Source: Squalus acanthias (taxonomy: Eukaryota). Taken from it: a DNA stretch of 64,000 nucleotides. The notes under the pieces were generated by a model. That model saw nothing but the letters and a program-made list of their open reading frames with translations. It searched no databases and had not been told where the DNA came from. A program made the translations under genes and the position numbers. The stretch covers positions 155,808,001 to 155,872,000 of the forward strand of contig CM059431.1 of NCBI GenBank assembly GCA_030390025.1, in the 5' to 3' direction. This document shows, piece after piece, positions 27,249 through 39,000 of this stretch. Numbering within the stretch: position 1 is the stretch's first letter; each line of letters opens with the position of its first letter.

Positions 27249-28538
27249 AAATGAGAAGTCGCACAACACCAGGTTATAGTCCAACAGATTTATTTAATTT
27301 TACAAGCTTTCGAAGCAGTTCGCTCCTTCGTCAGGTAAGTTAGCAATGAGAGAATCTCCCAGAATTCACAATTTAAACCCAGGCAAAATCTATTCACATT
27401 ATTCCCTACAACAAAGAGCATAGCCAAGACAATGAGATGTGTCCCAGGGGGTCCAACGTGTCAAACCACCTGCTGGCTGCATATCCTGTCAATTTGTGTT
27501 CTTGTGTTAGTCTCTTTAAAAAAAAAACACCTGGGAAGACCGGCCATGATGTCAAGTCACGTTCTGTATCGTGACATGAACCCGATATCGCGATTGAGGC
27601 CATCCTCATGAGTGCGTAACTTGGCTATCAGTTTCTGCTCTATGATTTTGCGCTGTCGTGTATCTCGAAGGCCGCCTTGGAGAACGCTTACCCGCAGATC
27701 CGAGGCTGAATGCCCCTGGCTGCTGAAGTGTTCCCCGACTGGGAGGCAACCCTCCTTCCTGGCGATTGTTGCACGGTGTCCGTTCATACGTTGTCTCAGT
27801 GTCTGCATGGTCTCGCCAATGTACCATGCTCTGGAGCATCCTTTACTGCAACGTATCAGGTAGACAACGTTGGCCGAGTCACATGAGTATGTACCGTGTA
27901 CCTGGTGGGTAGTGTCCTCACGTGTAATGATGGTATCTGTGTCCATGATTTGGCATGTCTTGCAGAGGTTGCCGTGGCAGGGTTGTGTGGTGTCTTGGTT
28001 GCTGTTCTCCTGAAAGATGGGTAATCTGCTGCGAACGATGGTACTTTTGAGGTTAGGCGGCTGCTTGAAGGCGAGTAGTGGAGGCGTGGGGATGGCCTTA
28101 GCAAGGTGTTCGTCGTCATCGATGACATGTTGAAGGCTGCGAAGAACATGGCGTAGTTTTTCCGCACCGGGGAAGTACTGGACGACGTAGGGTACTCTGT
28201 TGGTTGTGTCCCGTGTTCGTCTTCTGAGGAGGTCTATGCGGTTTTTCGCTGTGGCCCGTCGGAACTGTCGATCGACGAGTCGAGCGTCATATCCCGTTCT
28301 TACGAGGGCGTCTTTCAGTGTCCGTAGGTGTCCATCGCGTTCCTCCTCGTCTGAGCAGATCCTGTGTATTCGCAGGGCTTGTCCATAGGGGATGGCTTCT
28401 TTAACGTGGTTAGGGTGGAAGCTGGAGAAGTGGAGCATCGTGAGGTTGTCCGTGGGCTTGCGGTAGAGTGAAGTGCTGAGGCGTCCGTCTTTGATGGAGA
28501 TTCGTGTGTCCAAGAATGAAACCGATTCTGAGGAGTAG
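27249..28538 (-). mobile_element. 5'-truncated Penelope-like retroelement (RT C-terminus and GIY-YIG endonuclease)
   Basis: ORF 27557..: SFLDTRI...LYRKPTD...HP..VK.AIPYGQALRIHRICS, NVVYLIRC...WYIGET...LRQRMNGH...HF...EQKLI...GLN; 11-bp target duplication tcctcagataa at 27238-27248 and 28539-28549. Confidence 0.93.
27300..27338 (-). ncRNA. Minimal type I hammerhead ribozyme motif in the Penelope-like element 3' end
   Basis: Minus strand uuac-CUGACGA-a-ggagc-gaacu-gcuuc-GAAA-gcuu-guaa: both core boxes, stem II, palindromic AAGCUU stem III, stem I uuac/guaa. Confidence 0.7.
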
Positions 28539-31500
28539 TCCTCAGATAAGGCGACAAAAACTGCACACAATACTCAAGGTGTGGTCTCACCAAGGCCTTG
28601 TACAACTGCAGCAATACATCTTTGCTCCTGTACTCGAATCCTCTCGCTATGAAGGCCAACATACCATTTGCCTTCTTAACCGCCTAGTGCACCTGCATGC
28701 TTACCTTCAGCGACTGGTGCACAAGGACTCCCAGATCTCGTTGCACTTCCCCTTTTCCCAATCTATTGCCGTTCAGATAATAATCTGTCTTCCAGTTTTT
28801 GCCACCAAAGTGGATAACCTCGCATTTATCCACATTATACTGCATCTGCCATGCATCTGCCCAATCAAACAAACTGTCCAAATCATACTGGAGTTTATCT
28901 GCATCCTCCTCACAACATACACGCCCACCCAGCTTTATGTCGTCTGCAAACTTAGAGATATTACATCTAGTGCCCTTCTCTAGATCATTAATATGTATTG
29001 TGAATAGCTGTGGTCCTATCACCGATCCCTGCGGTACCCCACTAGTCATTGCCTGCCACTCGGAAAAAGACCCGTTTATTCCAACTCTTTGCTTCCTGTC
29101 TGCCAACCAGTTCTCCATCCAAATCAGTACCTTACCCCCAAACCCATGTGGTTTAACTTTGGACGCTAGTCTCTTATTCGGGACCTTATCAAAAGCCTTC
29201 TGACTGTTCTCCCTTATCTAATCCACGAGTTACATCCTCAAAAAATTCCAGTGGATGAGTCAGGCATGATTTAACTTTTGTAAATCCATGTTGACTTTGT
29301 CCGATCCTGTCAATGTTTTCCAAAGCTCTGCTATTAAATATTTTATAATGGACTCTAGCATTTTGCCCACTACCGATGTCAGGCTTACCGGGCTATAATT
29401 GGCCGTTTTTTCTCTGCCACCTTTTTTAAATAGTGCTGTTACATTAGCTACCCTCCAATCAACGTGAACTTTTCCAGAGTCTATAAGAATGTTGAAAGAT
29501 GACCAGCAATGCATCTAATATTTCTAGGTCCACTTCCTTAAGTACCAGAGGATGGAGATTATCAGGTCCTGTGGATTTATCGGCCTTCAATCCCATCAAT
29601 TTCCCTAACACCATTTCCCTACAAATACTGATTTCATTCAGTTCCTCCCTCTCATTAGACCCTATGTTCCCCGACATCTTTGGGAGTTTATTTGTGTCCT
29701 CGTTTGTGAAGACGAAACCAAAGTACGCATTTAATTGAGCTGCCATTTCTTTGTTTCCCATTATAAATTCCCCTGATTCTGACTGCAAGGGACCTACGCT
29801 TGACTTCACCAATCTTTTTCACTTCACATATCTATAGAAGATTTTACTGTCAGTTTTTATGTTCCCTGGAAGCTTACTCTCATATTCTATTTCCCCCCTC
29901 TTAATTAATCCCTTTGTCCTCCTTTTCTGAAGTCTAAACTGCTCCCAATACTCAGGTTTGCTGCTTTTTCTGTCCAATTTATATTTCCTCTCGTTGGATC
30001 TTATGCTATCCCTAATTTCCCTTGTTAGCCACGATTGAGTCACCTTTTTTGTTTTATTCTTATGGCACACTGGGATGAACAAATTCTGTAGTTCATCCAT
30101 GCGATCTTTAAATGTTTGCCATTGCCTATCCAACGTCAACCCTTTAAGTAACGCTCCCCAATCCATCCTATCCAATTCGTGCCTCATACCATTGTAGTTT
30201 CCTTTATTTAAATTCAGGACCCTAGTCTCTGAGTCAACTAATTCATTCTCCACCTTAATGAAGAATTCTATCATATTATGATCGCTCCTCCCCATGGGGC
30301 CTTGTAAAACAAGATTGCTAATTAATCCTTTCTCATGAAATAATACCCAGTCTAAGATGGCCTGATCTCTGGTTGGTTCCTCGACATATTGGTCCAGGAA
30401 AACATCCCGTATACACTCTAGGAATTCCTCCTCCACAGTATTGTTACTAATTTGGTTAGCCCAATCTATATGCAGATTAAAGTCACCCATTATAACTGCT
30501 GTGCCCTTATTGCATGCATCTCTAATTTCCCGTTTAATGCAATCCCCAACCTCAGCATTACTGTTTGGGGATCTGTATAAAACTCCCACTAACGTTTTCT
30601 GCCCCTTTGTATTTCTCAGCTCTACCCATACAGATTTCACATCATCAGAGCTAATATCTTTCCTTACTATTGTGTTAATCTCCTCTTTAACCAACAATGC
30701 TACCCAACCTCCTTTTCCTTTTTGTGTGTCCTTCCTGAATATTGAATACCCCTGGATGTTGAATTCCCAGCCTTGGTCATCCTGGAGCCATGTCTCCGTT
30801 ATCCCAATTAAAGCATATCCGTTTACATCTATTTGCGCAGCTAATTCATCGACCATATTGTGAATGCTCCTCGCATTAAGACACAAAGCCTGCAGGCTTG
30901 TTTTCTTAACACTCTTAGTACTTTTATAATTATTATTTACTGTAGCCCACTTTGATTTACACCCTTGATTTCACTGAATTCCACTTTTGCTTTTCTCCTT
31001 CCTGTCTTTTGCTTCTATCCTTCCTTCTCCTTCCTCTGTTTCCCTGCACAGGTTCCCAATCCCTGCCATTTCAGTTGAAACCCTCACGAACAGCAATAGC
31101 AATCACTCCCCGTAGGACATCGGTCCCGGTCCTGCCCAGGTGCAAACCATCCAGTTTGTACTGGTCCCTCCTCCCCCAGAACCGGTTCCAATGTCCCAGG
31201 AATTTGAAACCCTCCTACTTGCACAATTCTTCTAGCCACGTATTCATCAGAAATATCCTTCTATTTCAACTCTGCCTGGCACGTGGCACTGTTAGCAATC
31301 CTGGGATTACTACTTTTGAGGTCAAAATTTATACTTTACCTCCTAACTCCCTATATTCAGCTTTTAGGACCTCATCCCGTTGTTTTCTTATGTCGTTGGT
31401 AACTATATGCACCACGACAACTGGACGTTCACCCTCCCCCCCCCCTCCAGAATGCCCTGCAGCCGCTTCGAGACATCCTTGATTCTAGCACCAGGGAGGC

Positions 31501-32274
31501 AACATACCAACTTGAAATTCATCGTCTGGAATTTACTCTCCCTCACAGAACATGCGCTGTGGTCTAACAGTGAAGAACACTCGGAAGAGGGACTGCACGT
31601 TTTTCAGCTTCAGTTGAATCCAGACCATTTGGTGATAGACTGAACTTCTGAGTGGAGGGGAGGAAACTACGTAAAGTTGCATAAGTGTACATTTTGGCCC
31701 GCTTTTAGTGAGCGTCCATCTTTCCAGATACTTCAGGACATTGTCGACGCTGGCACTCCAGTGTACTGTCCAGAACATCGGGCAGAACTTCACACCTCTT
31801 CTTTCAAATTGTGCCATTGTATCATTTCATTCCAGCTGAGGAGGGAGACGTGGCCTCGAATTACTGCCTAATCCAAGAGATGGCACATCAGACAGTGCAG
31901 CGCTCCCTAAGTACTGCGCTGAAGATTCAGTAAATATACATCGCACCCCGTCGGTAACCTTATATACAACTTGCCACAATATTGCCGGGGAGAACTCGCC
32001 TCTGAGTCACTTCTACAATTGAATTCACAGAGGTACAGTCCGTATCTAGTAGACACTTCGTGAAACTTGGGAAAGCGCTCCACCTGTGACTTCTGTTTCT
32101 CCCTGTCAGACCTGCAGGATGTCGCCAAAATCAGATTATTTACACGTTATTTGTGCCCTAATCAGTCCAGCACTAGCTATTGAATGACCACATTCTGAGC
32201 AGTGCGATCCATAATCCCTTTCTACCTTGCATAAATAAATCAGTGCACGCACATGTAATTCAGTCCTCCTGGCG

Positions 32275-32280
32275 TTTATT
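32275..32280 (-). promoter_or_regulatory. Candidate polyadenylation signal for the NLR (another AATAAA overlaps the stop codon at 32943-32948)
   Basis: AATAAA on the minus strand about 670 bp downstream of the stop codon. Confidence 0.3.
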
Positions 32281-32943
32281 TTATTATTATTTCAATAATT
32301 TGTATATTAGATGTTTTGTAATATATAAACATTATTTATGTCTCTATGCAGATATATTATACATTCTGATGTTCACATATCTAAATGACGCTGTGGATCT
32401 CGTTCTTAAGCTTTAATTACCGGCAACTGCTGTCGTAAAAATGGGAACAGTGACTATGATCTAAAAGTGTTGAAATCAGTGTTGAATCCGGAAGGTGGCA
32501 AAGTGTCTAATCAAAAGATGATCTGCTATTCCTCGAGCTTCTGATCAGCTTCATTGCCCGAGTACAAAGAGGTCACAGCAGGATGGAGAATTAAAATGTC
32601 AAGCGGCCGGAAGCTGAGGGTCACACATCCGGAGAGAACAGATGTGTTCACCAAAGCGGTTACTGATCCTACACTAGGTCTCCCCACTGGAGCGGAGTCC
32701 GCATTGTGAACAGCAAATACAGTATAATGCATTGAAAGATGTGCTTGTATATCGCTGCTTAACCTGGAAGGATTATCTGGGAAACTGGGAAGTGGTAAGC
32801 GAGGAACTGCGTCTCCTGAGCTCATTTATCTTGTTTGTTCTCTTTGTAACACGTCCCGACAACCTGTTCAAAAATGCAATCGACTCTAGAGTATCACCTA
32901 ATTAACATAATTGCATTAAACTCTCTTCATGATAAGCAAACTT

Positions 32944-33034
32944 TTATTCTGTAATTACAGTCAAATGACCCGATACATTTTTGACCGACTTCAGATTTTT
33001 CTGTCCTGTTGCCGAGAATTGATTGTGTGTCAAA
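32944..33034 (-). CDS. NLR terminal coding exon
   Basis: tttttcag|T TTG ACA... = LTHNQFSATGQKNLKSVKNVSGHLTVITE-stop; phase 2 matches the previous exon; resembles an LRR cap. Confidence 0.82.
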
Positions 33035-36000
33035 CTGAAAAATATTAAAAGAACGAAAAAATAATTTTCGATAAGGAGTGGATTCTTCCGTTCACTGTGA
33101 GTAGCAAAATTATGAAATTCATTCAAAATGAATGTGTTTACTCATGCGAAGGACATACATTCTCCACGATATTATGTTTTCTATTTTCCCATATCTAGTC
33201 TATTCAAATTAAAATACCGAAAATGCATTTTACATGTGAAAGAACATTTAATTAATACATAGTTAACCTGGAAACACACCTGATTTCCTTGAGATAAGCT
33301 GTACTCTGGATGAGACGGCACAATGCCGGAACAGAATAGTCAGTCAGTCTGTTGGCCTGTTCGCAATCCTGATTATCGTTACTCAGATCCAGCTCCATCA
33401 GTGAACCGTTTTCACGGAGGGCAGAGACCAGATTTTCCACACAACGATCTGTGATATCGTTAGCTTTTAACCTGCAATGATCGAAAAATAAACAGAAATT
33501 ATATAAAACGCTCACACATTAAAATATACACCACTTGCTAATAATTACTGTGAAATTCCAGAGAACGCGGGAGAAATCTTTCATGATATATGCATTTTTT
33601 TTCTGTTTATAAATTATTTCCGTCTTAATTTGAATTGAAAAGTGAGCTGCCTGATCATCATTCGCACACTAGTTGTACAGTTCAATATTTTAAACATAAT
33701 TACTCACTCCAGTCTCTGTATTTTACAGTCATTTTTCTGCAGAACGGCAGAGAGCAGTTTGACTCCCGAATCTCCCAGTTTATTCTCATTGAGTCTAAAC
33801 AGGAATAACCAAAATCAATAATTCATAGTTAGCAATGCAATAAATAGGAAATATTCGTAATTAATTAATGCATTTAACGTGGGACACTTTGGCCATCCAA
33901 GACGCGAATATAATACCCGTAATTCAAATTCAATTCTATGATTTTTCCCAACAGCGATCTCATATATCATGATTATAGGGTAGGGGAATATATTTTACAG
34001 ATTAATCCAGATTCCCCCGTGGTGCAAAGAGTGCGCTTGATTCGAATGCAATGTTGCCAACATCCAATCTGATCTAATTAAATGAGCATCACAGCTCTTT
34101 CAGATATTACCTGAACAGACATTCCGGTGCCGTCCCTTAGGGTGCCATTTAGCACAGCAGGGAGTGGAATGAGAGAATGTGCTCATTATTTTATCGAATT
34201 CAGTGATTTTTTTTAGCTTTTACCAAATATTACCCCACATGCCAGTAAAACAGTAGTTGTTGATAATGATATTTAACATAGTCAGTGAATTACCTGAGTA
34301 TTTTACACTTTTGTAGCACGGGAGCCAGCTGATGGATGCCTTCATCTTGTATTCCACTTGTACTAAGATTCAACTCTTCTATCAGTTCAACGGCCAGTAG
34401 AGCGTTTGACAGAAACGCAGAGTCAGAAGGTTTAAGAGGGCATTGTGTGAATTTCATTGACTTTATCGATGTTAATGCGGCCTTCATCAGTTTTATGTCT
34501 CCAAATTCAAGAAAATAACGCAATATTTTTAAGAATGTCCTTTGGCTTTGCCCATCTTCCAAGTTCTGAACTCGAATTTTTACATTTTCTGTGAGCCAAT
34601 CCGACACACACTGGAATGCTTCAGAAGGAAATTGCCCCAATTTTCTTTCGAGCTGATCAGTTGAATTCCTTGTGGAGAGACCAGAAAGAAACCGTAAAAA
34701 TGTCTTAAATCTGTCGTCACTGCACGCGTGCCATTCATTGAGGAAGCGTGTCAGGTCATCTCCTGGTGTCCTTAGACGTTTCATAAGTGCTGCAACAAAG
34801 TCCTGCATAACGGAATGAGTGAATGTGTAGTCAACACTACAAAGATCTTTGCCTCGAATCTCCATCATAAACGCAGAGATAACATTGGAATGTTCGAGAC
34901 TGTGGTGATTGATTTGTTTTTTCTTGAAAACAACGGTTTTGTTGCAAAGTCCCTTGTATGCTAACTCGCCCAGTTTCTGCAACATGTCGCGAGAGGTTTC
35001 CGCGTCGCAGCCGCATCTCTCTAAAAGGCTTGTGACGTAAGCGGAGAACACCCGAGTACTGGTTGTGACGGACAATGGTCTCTCCTCCGCTCCTTCTGCC
35101 CGGTGTGACTCTAATAATGAAGCGAGGACCGAGCAGTACAGAGGATTATTGCACATGGTGTACAATGTCTCATTCTGCTCAATATACTCGATTACATCTG
35201 TCAGAAACTGCTCATCTCCAAAATAACGGCGAAAATATTGCTTTATTTTCTCAGAGGTGAAACCCAGGATTTCGAAGGTTCGAATTAGATTCGCCTTTTC
35301 CAGAGACTCCAGTTTCCACGGTCGGCTTGTGATCAGTACTGAGCAGCCCTTGAGCAGTTCCCCCTTTATGAGGCTTCGCACGATTTCTGACACGTCACAG
35401 AAGCACTCGGGATCGAAACACTGATTTTGGGGGTCGTTGTTTCTCTGAATATCTGTGAAATCAATGGGTTGCCTAAATTCTTCTAAATCATCAAATATAA
35501 ACAATATATTTCCGGGTTGTTTCCACAAAAGTTCAAACTCATTTTCGAAATCGGGGTAGGAATCCAGGATCAGGCTATTTAGACAAGTTTTTCCTTTTAT
35601 TAAATTTAATTTTCGAACCTTGAAAGGAAAGACAACTTTAAACTGTTGGTATATTTTCCCTGCGGCCCAGTCACTGATTATGTTCTGTATCATGGTGCTT
35701 TTCCCAATCCCCGAGGCCCCAATTACAACGGTTGTCCCAGAACTGCCTGTTTTAGCGAAACTCAGCAATTGATCCAGCTGAATCTCTTCCAGTTCATCCT
35801 CGATGTTTTTCCTCTGTAATTCTTCACGCTCTCTACCTCGGGCCATCAGTTCATTTTCAACAAGACTCCGCTCACGCAGTGAAGCAACAATCGTTACTTT
35901 AGTATATTTTTGATGCAGAAAAAATCTTCGAGATCTTTCTTTTTCTACAGTGGATATGACTGTTATTTTCTCGTTCTGTTTGCGGAGGTTGTCTTTGTGC

Positions 36001-39000
36001 TGTAGTTCTATATCTAAATATGAACAACGTAATTGGTGCAGTCATTGTAATTCAGGAGAAACATATTTAACAGATCAATGCTATGAAGGAGAAACTAATT
36101 GTCAAGAAATATTGTAAAATATCTAAAATATCTCAGCAATGAGTCATCCCTTAATTATTTTACACTTTGTTGTCCAGACACTCATAGAATTGAAAAAAAT
36201 AGAATTTCTGAAGTGCCAGGAAGCAAGCTTGAGGATTGTAGGCCGTTTGCTGTTGGATTTTGAACTTCTGGTAATGAAGATTTCAAAAATTCGAGATAAA
36301 TTGCTGAGTGAGTAACTCTTGCAGGTATTTAATTTTCACAGGTCAATTTGGGTTATGAACGACTCCTGGTTTCGTGGTGTAACAAACGATGTTCGGGAAC
36401 CGCGTGTCTGAGCAGAAAACGAGTTCCTTCATTATATTCTAGCCACGAGGATTCCATGTGTTCTGATTGTGCTGCTCACTGCTGTAACCGTTAGACACAT
36501 TTTGCTGGCCAGCGGAGCCCGCAGGAGACTACGGGGTCAGAGTAGTGGGGAGAACCGCAGAGACCCAGAGATGGAAAGTCGAAGGAAATCCATCATTTTA
36601 CTGTTTGTTATATCGGTAAAATAAATTTGGGCCAGAAATTATGGTCTCCACGGGTGAGTAAGCTTTGGGTACTCACCCGTAGACCCAACGAAAGTGCCGG
36701 TGTCGCGCATGCACTGCGCATGCGCAGGAAAATGGAGCTTCCTTCCCCTGAAGTAAGGGGTTCAGAGGTCGAACGCGTGCGCCCGAGAGGCAGAGCGCAC
36801 GCAGCTAACTTTGATTTTTTTTCAGGTATCTCCGTGATGGTAAGTACGGAGAACTTGCGCGGGGAAAAAGGAGGCACAAGGCCTGCTTTTAACAAGGTAA
36901 GTGGTGAATTAAATACAATTTAAACACTTTTTCAACAGGTTTATCTTTTTTACATATTTTACAGATAGGTAAGTTTATTTTTAGCACCGTTAAAATGTGT
37001 AAATATATTTTTCAAAAATTTATATTTTTGTTTAAATTAGTTAATTTATGTAAGTTATAGTTATTTTAAAAATGTGATTTTTTTCATATATTTGAGGTTT
37101 TAGTGAGGTTCTGGGGCCGATCTCTATTCATAGATTTGACAGGTCTTCCTGTCAAAATCTATGAATGAAGTGTCCCTGCTCCGATTGGCACTCCATGGCC
37201 AACGTGATCCCAAGGGACGCTTCAAACTAACTGCGCCCCTGCGATACGCAAGCATTGTGTGCCGGTAGCTGCAGGAGGCCCAGGAGCCGAATTCCACGCA
37301 GGCCCGAAGCACAACGGCAGGCGTAGTACGCGCCCGATTCTTGCACCCGCGGGAAGCCGGAGTGCCGAATTTCTGGCCCATTGTTATGATCAGTCTTTAT
37401 CGTGTATTATATTTGGTAGCGAATGTGGTTTTCTGCGTATCAGCCTTTATTACTACCTAGTTTTTTACAAGAAATTTGCTTTACTGTTCTATATATATCT
37501 GTATACACAAAAGTATTTACATGTATATATATACACATAAAATCCATATGTAAACATACATTAGTATCAAAATATTAATTTACCATATTTTGAAGCGCAG
37601 TGAAGATTTCTTATACTTACAAATACTGGTAATGCCCATGGTGAAACCTCCGCTCCAAAAAGGTAAACGCATTATGAGAGCAGAGCAGGACACAAACGGC
37701 ATCAAGTCTGGCCGTCCGACTTTCAGTTTTATTGGTCAATGGAAGGCAACATCGGACTGAGCCCATAACGGGAGGCAGATATATTACCCGCCGTTTTGTT
37801 TTCCCGTCCAAAACAATTTTAACCCACTTGGTGTCAAACTAACCAATTTCATAATAAGTCACTATCAGTCAGCTTGCATACATGCACTGATGCATGGAAT
37901 ATTTGCATTTCGATAAGTTTACTGAATTATGGCATGTCAATTGTACGATGTCAACAACGTTTTGTGAAACAAGTCGAAATAATCCGTACTGGCCTCATTA
38001 TATTTTTTGTCATAATTTGGTTCTTTTGTAATTATACATTTGTCAAATATAAGTGATACGGGATGAAATTGGCCATGGGCGGGGGACGCTAAACTAGATG
38101 TATTGTATGGATCGCCTGTTATAAGCTTCGCTCAATATTCAGATCCATTGACTTTAATAGAACGGATAATCTGGCGTGTGTTAATACGGTGGGGGAATGC
38201 GATTCTGCTTGTTTTGCGTGGTTGCCCCTGTCGAACTTCAGCCTCACAAATTTTAAGTTAAAAACAAGTTCTCTCCATAAATAATATACTTTGTTATTCT
38301 GACGGTAAATTAGATTTGGATACCACCTACCTTCTAGATCACTTTCTCCGTCTGTACCTTTGGTCAGTATCTCTGACAATGTTGTTTTCAGCTTGGTTTC
38401 TTTACCCTGCAGATGAAACAAAGTGCACCAGATTGTTCTTTGTGCCCGAGCTCCCTTTTCCAGCACGGTATCGAAAATAAGTTCGGAGGCTTCATTTCTG
38501 CGGTGACTTTCAGATAGGGTTCTTATATTCTAAAAATAAAATATATTGCAATCAAATACAGCAAAGTGATTTTCAAAATCGGATAGGAAAGGTCTTTTCT
38601 CTTTCTCTCTTTCCTTAGGAAAGGAATAAATGGAAACGCTCAGAATCGGGTGTTAATGCAGAAAACAATTAAGTTCGCCATTACTGAGACGGCAGGCGTG
38701 AAATGCAATGAACATTAAGTCGAAACAACAATAACTCATGCAGCAGAACGTCCCAATGCGCTTCAGAGGAGTTTTACCAAACAAAACTTAACACCAAGCC
38801 TCAGAGTTATATATTAGCACAGGTGACCAAAGCTTGGTCATAGAGGTAAATTGTAAAGAGCATCTTTGAGAAGAAAGAGTTAGAGATTCAGAGAGGTTTA
38901 CGGAGGGAATTCCAGAGGTTAGTGTCTAAACCGCTGAATGCACGGCAGGCAATGGTGAAGCTATGAAAATGGGGGTGCACAAGAGGCCAGAATTGGACGA

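Larger units (their letters stand above)
26713..31510 (-). mobile_element. CR1 LINE, same subfamily as 880-4750, interrupted by a Penelope-like element
   Basis: ORF 29819..30886 is an APE endonuclease (CLNARSI, GITETWL, MGDFN, SDHNMI); RT pieces; tail (gcatagaa)n. Confidence 0.95.

Noticed and set aside
28539..28662. CR1-Penelope fusion protein (start of ORF 27557..28570, and ORF 28315..28662)
   Set aside because: Chance read-through across the insertion junction into alternative frames.
37584..37660. Possible small linker exon between CARD exon 2 and the NACHT exon
   Set aside because: Weak acceptor and no clean phase 1-1 exon; exon 38331 already joins 36013 in frame.
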